DNA of 64,000 nt from NCBI RefSeq assembly GCF_000143415.4, contig NW_003314342.1, positions 581,569-645,568 of the forward strand. The letters run 5' to 3'. A model generated the notes under the pieces. The model was not told the DNA's origin. It saw nothing but the letters and a program-made list of their open reading frames with translations, and ran no database searches. Origin of the DNA: Selaginella moellendorffii. Lineage: Eukaryota; Plantae; Lycopodiophyta. Position numbers and translations under genes: made by a program. Positions within the stretch are counted from its first letter, which is position 1. The number at the start of each line of letters is the position of its first letter. Of the stretch, positions 54,520 through 64,000 are shown piece by piece.

Positions 54520-55740
54520 TTACGTTCGATCAACGTCTGCCACATTCAAGCTAGGATGTCTAAACCCATACATCTCCAACACCTGGTTGTCTCCAAAATT
54601 AAAAGCCCTCTCCATTTGCCTGCGGCAATCTTGTGGCGAGTAATTTGCCCATCCCTCACAAAACTCACACCCAGCAAAATGCGTCACAAATGGCCACCGA
54701 TCGTCGCCCAGCCCAGGCTCAAATCTTCGCATCTTGTCCTCCAACTCCCTCACCAGAGGCACCCAAAACCCACTCAATGCGTACGAGTGCTCGAGAAAAA
54801 TCTTCGCGCCCCATCTCTCCCTCTCGGCGTTCATCAGCCACAGCAGCGCGCCCTGGTCGTCGGATTCCAGATCTGGACGGCCAAAGAGCGTCACGTGGAG
54901 GATCTTCCCAATTCCGACACTGCCGGGACCGTCGGATCCCATCTGTGCCAGAATGTCCAGCAGATCGAGCGACCACTGGCAATTCCGGATCAGAAAGATG
55001 CCCATGTTGAGCCCCGTCCAGCTGCGGTTGCCGTACACGAGGTGATCCCAGCCGTTCATCACCAGGTTGTAGCCCTCGTACTTCCGGATCGGAATCCGGA
55101 AAGTCATGTCCGTGAAGAGCGCATCGCCGTCCATCCACAGGATCCACTCGAATTCCGGATGGGAAAGCATCACCGCCCTCAAGAGCGGGATTTTGATCCA
55201 GAATCCCGGCAGGGAACGCTCGAGCTTTGCAACGTTGTAGAACATGTCTATGCCGTGGAGCCGGCAGTAGTCCATCTTGTTCTTGGCGGACTTGAGCATG
55301 ATGTGATCGCCCAAAGGATTCTCACACGGCTTTGGATGCGAGCTCGTCACCAACATCATCCTCTTCTCACACTGCTTGATCTTCCTCCTCCGTGAGCTCC
55401 TCCGCGAGTCCCAGTCGCTGATCTTCGGACCCAAGCTCATTGTCCTGTTCATCAGCGCTTCCATCCTCGGCTTGGACTGCTCGATCGGATCCATCGAGCC
55501 TGGATCGAAGCTAAAGATCTCTGGCTGTTGCTGCTGCTGCTGCTCGGCAGAGAGAGGCCTCCTGGTAGCACGAACTTGAGAAGAACTCGCTGCTACTACC
55601 GGACTGCTGCTATACAGCGCTCGGATCGTCCCAAGGATGAACAAGAGGACTAGAGCCATCCCGGTTATCCAAGAAACATGACCATCGAGAGCACGCTTAC
55701 TTGTTATCGCTGCTAGAGAGCTTCTCATCGTCCTCGACAT
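54520..55740 (-). CDS. GT34 glycosyltransferase (xyloglucan xylosyltransferase / galactomannan galactosyltransferase-like), single exon
   Basis: Type II TM, LGPKISDWD, KNKMDYCRLHG, FWIKIPL, WMDGDA (DxD), DDQGAL, WPFVTHFAGC, AFNFGDNQ. Confidence 0.95.
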   Translation of the reverse strand: MSRTMRSSLAAITSKRALDGHVSWITGMALVLLFILGTIRALYSSSPVVAASSSQVRATRRPLSAEQQQQQQPEIFSFDPGSMDPIEQSKPRMEALMNRTMSLGPKISDWDSRRSSRRRKIKQCEKRMMLVTSSHPKPCENPLGDHIMLKSAKNKMDYCRLHGIDMFYNVAKLERSLPGFWIKIPLLRAVMLSHPEFEWILWMDGDALFTDMTFRIPIRKYEGYNLVMNGWDHLVYGNRSWTGLNMGIFLIRNCQWSLDLLDILAQMGSDGPGSVGIGKILHVTLFGRPDLESDDQGALLWLMNAERERWGAKIFLEHSYALSGFWVPLVRELEDKMRRFEPGLGDDRWPFVTHFAGCEFCEGWANYSPQDCRRQMERAFNFGDNQVLEMYGFRHPSLNVADVDRT

Positions 55741-57003
55741 TGCTTCTTAGTCTTGTGTGTGCGTGCACGAATAAATCTTTTAAACGGCTGGAGCGTTGAG
55801 TAAATCGCTTCAGCTCAAATCGCGCTGGCCACGAGAATTAAAATGGAGGTGGACAATTTGTCCTGCTCCAGGCATAGAAATCTTCCTCACACGGATTAAA
55901 CTGGCCTAGGAGAAAATCGATCGAGAATGAGAGCATACCTTGTGAATTACCTATAGTTTCTGGAAAACAAAAGCGGAATGCGTTACAAATATTGGATCCT
56001 GCTTCATACATAAAAACTAAAACCATTAACGTAAGGGGCCCAATTACTGGCTGGGGTCTTATTAGAGGTCAGTTATGTATCAATTAGAGTTCCCCCATTT
56101 TGCCTGCTCTTTTTCCATTTCCAGTTGTATGTCTAGGGATTGTCTATTATTATTGATCTTTATTCTAGAAAATCTTCAAATCTAGAGTTAGGAGAACTTG
56201 TTCCATTGCTTCAATTGCATTCTCAATTTTCATCGATAACTTAAGAGTAGAGTGGATGGACAAGAGCTGCTTTCCAGCATAGGAAAAAACCTTGCAAAGT
56301 TTGGTCTTCTAAGATTAGCTTTTTGATCAAAACCAAGAAGGTTTTTAGGTACAGAAAAGCTTAGAGAGGTCATTTTTCTTTACTTTGCTTTACTTGAAGT
56401 TACAAAAGAGGACCATATCCAAGCAGGAAATTGAAAAGGAACTTGCACAGCACTTCATGTGATGGTCAGCAACGTACCGCAACCTGCTAGCATACCAGAG
56501 GGCTTCAGAATTCAAAGAGCAGCTTAGAGAGCACTCACTACATTTCCATACTGGATGGTCATTGTTGGAAGAGATATAAAAGAATTCCCTGTAAAAGAAA
56601 CAGTGTTAGTTACAACTATACATGCAGCCAGAAGGGTTGTCTAGAGCAACAGTACAAGTCACTAGACAGTCTGCTCGTCTCAAAGCCAAGATCCAAGAGG
56701 TAGAGTTGAAGATTCTATAATGGTTCTTATTTTTATTTGACAATGTATAGCAAAGCCCTACCACAAAGTACCAAGCAAGGAGTAAAGAGAAAGGCTGCCA
56801 CTCAATGTACCTATAATGCTAGGGTATTATCAAAGTTACAATTAAAAGCAATTGAACTTACACTTCTTTTACTTATAGCATGTATGCATGGCTCCTAGTT
56901 GCAACGTCAAGATGTTCCCAACAATGAGGATCAATCTGAACATGAAGAACAAGAGCAGCCTGAAACTGAGAGTAGACCAACAGTCCTGAAGCAAAAGTGA
57001 GTA

Positions 57004-57595
57004 ATGTCTAGAAAGGGTACAGATGTACGAACATGGACCAACACACAGCTTTGTGAAGCCATGAAAGCTATAAACAGTGGTCAGCTATCAGAGAGAAAGG
57101 CTGCTATAGACTTTGGGATACCTCTTTCTACACCAAATGCTTGGGTGGCTGAGAAGAGGAAGGGTATGAGACCTAGTCCATCAACAATACTCTCTGCATC
57201 TGAAGAAGAGACACTCATTGTTGTGTTGAAAGTTTGAGCAAAAGTTGGCTACCCTATAATGCAAAGTGAGCTCAAAGATGCAACAGCAAGCATTGTATCA
57301 GCAAGAGATATCACCTAGAATCCTGGTTGTAAATGGTGCAGACTGTTCATGAGGAGGCATTCAGACATAAAATTTAAAATTGCTCAGGCTTTGGAACTAC
57401 AACAAGTTAAGAATCTAAGTCAACCTGTTGTTCAATGTTTCTACAATCAACTTGAAGTTACTTGCCTTGTGAACAAGTACAAAGCCAGCAACATTTGGAA
57501 TGCCAATGAAATTGGTGTTCATGCTAGTCAAAATGGATGTGCCAAAGTCTTGGCAACAAGTGGAATGCAGAGCTGCTATTGTGTTATTCCAAGTA
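57004..57595 (+). mobile_element. pogo/Tigger/Fot1-like (Tc1-mariner superfamily) transposase relic
   Basis: HTH_psq-like WTNTQLCEAMKAINSGQLSERKAAIDFGIPLST, LSASEEETL, CENP-B-like FMRRH, IWNANEIG (degenerate IWNxDETG); stops. Confidence 0.75.
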
Positions 57596-58682
57596 ATAGG
57601 TTTTCTCTGCTTTATTTTTTCTAATTGTGAATTTGTTATATAATTATGATTTATTAGTTGGTGGAGGAAAGCTAACATTGCAGTTTATAGAAGAAGCATT
57701 TACCTTGTAAAATAAATAGATAGGTGTGAAATGTTAAATCTGGAATAACAATTTACTTATATTTATCACTTTGTCACAACCCCAACTGCATTCATATCCT
57801 TTGGCTCTCCTTCTTTGACAAAAGTGAAAACCTAATAGAAAAAGTCATGACCTTTATGTTTTAACTCTCAATTAACTACTTCTTATCTATTCCTCAAATT
57901 TATCTAAATAAATGAAAGCTAGAGGCAAACATCTTAACAAAATAGCAAACTCATTCAGCTATAGGATGAGATTATTATATTTAAAAGGGTGTAGAATCTA
58001 GGATTATCCAACATTCATACCCTAAACTTTTTTTTTCCATCTGTAGGATATGTTTGTTTTGGTCTTGGACTAGTTATACCAAATAAATATTGAAAAGTTT
58101 GTTTACTCAACAAGTGTGTTTTTTACTATACTTTTTTAGTCTTGGCATTGTTTTCTTTTCTGTAATCTAGACATAAAATTCCTTTTTGTAACAATAAAGC
58201 TTGAGACAACAGGAAAATAAGTGGTATTCCTATATAGACGAGTAAAAGTCATTACAGTAAAAAGGAGGTAATTCTTTACTCTTTCTTCACTCTTTTTTTC
58301 TTTCTTTTTTGTTAGATATACACACTAGGTGGTCATTATTTTTGTTGTAATTATTTTCTAGAAATTTTTTAATCATTTTATATAGGTTATTTGGTCAGTC
58401 TAAAAATCTTTTTTATGATATCTTTAATGTTTGCTATTGTGCTCGAGCAACCCATTGTTTGACAAGAACTAATAACCTCTTCAGCCTTTGGATTTATAGT
58501 AACAATAAATTCCACTTATAAAAAATAATTGAGTCCAAGAGGGATAGAAAGAAATAGAGTACAGTTTTTTGTGTTTTGGGCAACCTTTATTTTTTCTTCC
58601 ATAAGAAAAAATAAAGTTCTATTATTAAAATAATAATAGAAAAAATGGCAAATATCAGTAGAATATTTCCATATCAGAAAGA

Positions 58683-58866
58683 CTAAATTATTGGATTGCA
58701 AATTAAGATGATAATCTTGTGATTGTCAAAGATGGAAATTACAGTAAATTTTGTGAAATATTATCTATTGATGAAACTGTTGTGAGTGTACAATGTAGAA
58801 GATATAATTAAAAATATATAAAAACTTTATTTAATCCAGATAGATAGCTACTTTTGTGACTACTAA
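58683..58866 (+). pseudogene. CVNH copy 3, 3' part only (not in ORF track)
   Basis: LNYWIAN*DDNLVIVKDGNYSKFCEILSIDETVVSVQCRR aligns without gaps to copy 1 LNGCISNDDNNLVAAKNGNYRDSCGKPSVNGTVISVECTK; shares the ttttgtgact-ctaatt end. Confidence 0.78.
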
Positions 58867-59641
58867 TTGATTTTATTTTTAAAATTGAAGCAAAATATAA
58901 AATAAATAAAAGTGGAATCATTTTTTAATAACAAAGAGTATTATAACATACTAGAGTTGTTGGCTAAAACATACTATATCTAATACCCATATTTGTGAGG
59001 TGATAAAAACTTTCCTTTTGTTAAGTTTTTCCACCCAATATCATTTCATGGCTACCAGACATAGAAGGCCATTTAATTTTCCATCTCAAAAGTTTCGGGG
59101 AGAAAGAGATGAACTTGTTGAGGGATTGCCAAGCTACACACTACCTAATGCTCGTGAAGGACGACGGAAACAAATTGTTTTATTAATATAATTATACTAC
59201 TAAGAAAACTTAAGTACATAATACAAAAAATTTAATAAAGTAAAAATACTGGAAATCACAGTTGGTGAAAAGTAATATTTTAAAATTTAATTATGACAAT
59301 TTTCTAAATAGAAAATATTAAGATCTAAAAAATAAAATGAAAGTTTCTCATGTCACATTGTATCCATATCAATAGATATTTTATAATATTACATTATTTT
59401 AATAGATTAAGGTTTCTATATTTAAACTTTTAAAATTTAATATTTAAACACGTCAGCTATGATAAAGTTTAATAATTTCACCATTATTGATGTTTTGCTA
59501 GTGTATAAACCACAAAACTACACCAAACATGCGATCCCACCCAAGAGAAAATGGCCGGATCCTCATTGCGTCTAAGTGATCCAAGTGCCAGCTCCAAATA
59601 TAAACCAGAAAGAAAATTCCTCCTCACATAGGTTACTTGCA

Positions 59642-61071
59642 ATGGCCAAGCACATCGTTGCGCTCCCATTCCCAGGCGAAGGCCATGTCTCTCCCATGAT
59701 GCATCTCTCCATCTTTCTCGCCCAGCAAGGCTTCTCGATCACCTTGGCAGCCATGACAATCGGCCCATTCGATTGTTACAGCTTCATCAAGAACAAAGGA
59801 ACTTGGCCGCCTCCAGGCACCACCAACATCAGCGTCAAGGAGCTCACCTCCACAGTCCCATTCCCTGCCGAGGCCATAGCAGAGAACCGAGCGGACATGA
59901 CGCAAATCTTGCGGTACGCTCAAACTTACCTGGCCTTGATGGAGGAGCTCGTCCGAGCCATCCCGGACGAGGTGTGCTGCATCATCTCGGACTATCTCTT
60001 CGACTGGTGTCCAAAGCTGGCCGCGAAGCTGGGAGTTCTCGGGGTCGTGCTCATTCCAGCATCCGCCACTGTCACTTGGTGTGAGCTTAGTATCGCTCGC
60101 CTTGCTGCTGCTGGAATGGTGCCATCGCAACCAGGTAAGCTCCAAGAGAATGAGCTAGCCTTTCTTTTCTTGCCTGTTCTTTGCTTATAGGCGAGCTAGC
60201 CGACGATGACGACGCAGTGATCCTCACAGATCCTGAAATACGAAGGTCGGAGATACCGTGGCATTTTTGCAACGACAAAGCTTACCAGGATCACATCGCC
60301 AAGTTTAACAGCCAAGCTCTCAAGGCTGCCGATCTCGCTATCGTGAACACCTGCATGGAGCTCGAGGGCCAGATCGTGAGTGACATATCGCAGCAAATGG
60401 ATGACAAGTTCTTACCAGTCGGTCCTCTCTTTCTTCTCAACGACGAGCCACACACTGTCGGATTTGGCGTCTGCGATACCGATTGTCTCAAATGGCTCGA
60501 CGAGCAGCCGCCATCTTCCGTGCTCTACATCTCTTTCGGGAGCTTTGCGGTCATGACTGGCGACCAGATGGAAGAAATCGTGCGAGGACTGGAAGCCAGC
60601 AGCAAGAAATTCCTGTGGGTGATCCGACCCGAGCAGCCAGAGATCTCAAAGGTCCGATTTCCAAGCACGGATCAAGGAATGGTCGTCCCGTGGTCGCCCC
60701 AGACGAAAGTACTCTCTCATCCATCGGTTGGAGCTTTTCTTTCTCACTGCGGCTGGAATTCTACCGTGGAGGCCGTCGCCAGCGGCAAACCCGTCCTCTG
60801 CTGGCCGCTGCTGTTCGAGCAGAACACGAATTCCATCTCGCTGGTGAGAAAGTGGAAGGTAGGCATAAGATTTGCGAAAGGAAGAGATGGGATGGTGAGC
60901 CGTGACGAAGTGGAGAGGATCATCCGCCTGGCAATGGACGGCGAGCAGGGACGGCAGATCCGAGAGCGCGCCGAGGAGCTGGGTGAGAAGATCCGATCGA
61001 AGAATGTACCTGGCAGCGGCCTGGAGAGATTTGTCACCGCCCTCTCTGTCCGAGCTCCTGCCCTACAATAA
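59642..61071 (+). CDS. UGT: UDP-glycosyltransferase (GT1); intron 60135-60190
   Basis: HIVALPFPGEGHVSPM, CIISD, PSPG box WSPQTKVLSHPSVGAFLSHCGWNSTVE..PVLCWPLLFEQ. Confidence 0.95.
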
Positions 61072-61159
61072 AATTCATTGGGCAAGAATAACTTAAAATT
61101 ACTATCCTTTTTTGGGCTTGCAAGAAAATGTTTCAATCTTTTCAAAAATTTAAATTATA

Positions 61160-61437
61160 AATAATTTGCTACGTGTAGCAATGTTTAGTTTGTTTAATAA
61201 TTTCTACTTATTAATCCAATTGATCAAATAAAAATGTATAATTTTAAGCATGTTTGTATTTTATAAACATAATTGCATAGATGGTAGAATTAAAAAAAAA
61301 CACTATAAGTGTTTTAAAAAGTTTATAAATTATAAACATATTTATAAATTATAAATACATGATTAATCTAAATAAATAACAACCATTAGATGGTAAAATA
61401 TCCTAGAATATCCAAATATATTCCCGATATGTTCATC
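61160..61437 (-). repeat. Inverted copy of the AT-rich repeat at 12990-13270
   Basis: Reverse complement collinear with 12990-13270; terminal palindrome TTGCTAC-GT-GTAGCAA. Confidence 0.75.
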
Positions 61438-61749
61438 AATCCCTTTATCGGTTTACTTAAACAAATTAAAAACCTTTGTGACTTTTTAAATTTTGCAAAC
61501 TACAATTTTGCAAACCCTAACTTAAATACAGGAGTGAGTAGTTTAGATTGAAACTAATCCAACATCTACCAAAATCCCACTATACTAATATTAATATATG
61601 ACATTATAGCTGTACACGTGAACCTCATATCATCCCTTTTTGGAATAATGGAAGACCATCAAGGTTCTTTTGTAGATGGGCCAAAATTTGGAGAAACATT
61701 AGGAGGAGGCATCAATGGATCTGTATGTGGTATTAATTGTTCTTAATCC

Positions 61750-63330
61750 CTTTGTACGAAACATTTCAACCGTTGCATATACATAATTTATAGAGGATCA
61801 GTCTACTGGACATCATATTGAACCTCATAAACTTGCAAGCTAACTTGCCACAACATCTGATATAATTCTTTCTATTGAGCAAAGAGCCCTTTACATAAAC
61901 CATATATCATAAGATAGGGAAAATGAGCTAACACCAAGTCATCCACTTTGTACTCTATAGGTGGACAATGATGAGAGTTGTAATGCCATTGTTGTCCCAC
62001 TTGTATGTGCTCAGGTGTTCAGTAGTCTCTACTCAGACAAGTGGAAGAATGCTCGTCAAATACGAATCCTATAACTTAGTATCAGTAGCTCATGGTAATC
62101 ATGAAGGTAAACCCAACTCCATTGGTAGTATTGGATTATGATCATATAAGAGTTTATAGAGTGAAGCACCAATAAAACTTTGCACCTTTGTGACATATGC
62201 ATACCGAAAAGACAATAAATAATCATCTCAATCCAAATCTTAAAAATTCACATACTTTGCAATCATCCCTTTGAATGTTCAAATGAGCTGTTTCACCAAA
62301 CCATCTAATTGTGGATGATAAGCACTCATGAAAGTTATCCCCAACCGAGATATCAAAACATGAAATGCCTCAACAATAAATGTAGACCATTATCCAAAAA
62401 AAAACCGCTCCAGACAAGAATGCTAGAATACCACTCAATTGAGGAGGAAGTATCTAACAGTAGTGGCAAAGGTGCTAGTAAGAGCACTAACTTCCACCCA
62501 GTGAGTCAAATAATTAGAAGTAGTAATAACATATTTATTGCCAGCGGTCAATCATGAAAAAAGTCCCATAAGATCAAATGCCACCAACTCAAACAAATGA
62601 AAAACTGCAATTGACTTTAACTGTCCTTCTACAATATGAGGGGGAGTATTACAAGCTTAGCACTAAACACAACTATGCATATACCGGATAATATCATTTT
62701 ACATCTCTGGCTAATAGAAAGACCTGCACAGCTTCTCGGTCATATGACAATGTCCTATATACTCGCCTAGAATAGGGAATCATGGTAAGCATGGAGAAAC
62801 TATGAAATAAATATTGAAGGCACCACCAACTATAAATGATCATCAAAATCCGTCCCCACAAAATAAAGAAGCCCGTTTTTAAGGTGATATTGAGAATGTA
62901 AATGCTGGAATGGCAAGTCATCAATAAGTGATGTAGGATTTTTAAACCCATTTCGAAGCCTTTGAATCCATGGCTCAATCTTTTAAGCTTCGTAAACCTC
63001 ATCAAAAGAGGGTAAATCTTACTTTGCACTTTGTGAACATTGAACGTTAAGTATAACAACCGCTAATGGCATAGAATTCTCATCTAGAAAATCCACAAAT
63101 ACTGGAATAATGGGCTCATCAGAAACATGAGAAAAGAATGAAGGAGGAAGAGGAGCTCGAGAAAGGGCATTAGCATTAGCCATAGAACTCCATGTGCGAT
63201 GAACAACATCAAAATCATATATCTGAAGCTTCAAAGCCTACTGAGCAATATGACCAACCAGGTTTTTCTACTTTAATAATGAAGTAACAATAGCATGATC
63301 ACCTTCTAATAACATTCAAAAACCATATAG
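61750..63330 (-). mobile_element. Ty3/gypsy pol relic (end of RNase H plus integrase)
   Basis: LQIYDFDVVHR..ANANALSR, GNKYVITTSNYLTHWVE, LDNGLH, SAYHPQLDGLV; RNaseH-then-integrase order; many stops. Confidence 0.85.
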
Positions 63331-64000
63331 ATATGCATGTCCTAAATTTCAGTTAAGTACCACCTCAAAATAGTACTAAGTGTGAATCAGCATTATTCTA
63401 GTGAAAATAACTTAAATTTAAGTTATCCTAACTTTAGGACTAAGTACAAAGTAAAAAAGTCCAGGATAAAGAGCATGTATGAATTGGCTCAATCTTGTCT
63501 AGAATATAGCTAACCCAACTTATCACTTAGTTTATTTGAGCACTAACATAGTTGCTAACTAGCTAAATGAACGAATGTTAATAACACAAAGGTATGACTA
63601 AATTATCAATACCATTATTATCAAAACTAGTGAAATAAAATTTCTATCTTTATGGGCCCTCATCAATCACCAATTATCTGAATTACCACAAATGAAAAAT
63701 CCAACCTTTCAACTATGCCTATGAAGAAAACACTTCATCTCATTTCAATCTTAACTTCAATAATGTCAATATTAAAGTATCAATTCAGTGCCATTAACAC
63801 AAAAATAAAGCTAAAAGAAAGCTAAAATGAATCACCACTCAAAGCTTTTTAGCAACCAAGCTAACCAAGATTAAAGATATATTTATTTAATATCTGACTT
63901 CAACAATACTCACTATAAATAACACATCATCAATGAATGAAATATTATGTCTAAGACACCAAGACTAACTCAAAGATCAGTAAGATCTCACTATAAAGTA

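Overview
Eukaryotic nuclear DNA from a non-seed land plant. Very short GT-AG introns (about 45-90 nt), very tight gene packing, and the combination of expansin, GT34, CLF and LHCB5 with a PAS-type hybrid histidine kinase and cyanovirin-N-like genes point to a lycophyte such as Selaginella (inference). Apparently intact genes, in order: multi-PAS hybrid histidine kinase (runs off the left edge), intronless HAK/KUP K+ transporter, purple acid phosphatase, CYP85-clan P450 (with two relic copies), CURLY LEAF/E(z), SDR, nodulin-like MFS, three tandem LRR-malectin receptor kinases that are all non-RD, LHCB5, cytosolic IleRS, alpha-expansin, NDUFS5, LYAR-type zinc finger, GT34 and a UGT. Accessory DNA includes a frameshifted signal-peptide plus tandem alpha-crystallin gene, a candidate Helitron end, gag and gypsy integrase relics, a pogo/Fot1-like transposase relic, and a shattered second IleRS copy flanked by about 0.83-kb direct repeats. 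It also holds three dispersed, decayed copies of a secreted CVNH lectin gene in AT-rich islands; two of these are invisible in the ORF track. The best candidates for an undescribed system are the non-RD LRR-malectin receptor array (W-box promoters, LRR-surface divergence) and the dispersed CVNH lectin module. All coordinates were read by eye and may be off by a few nt.
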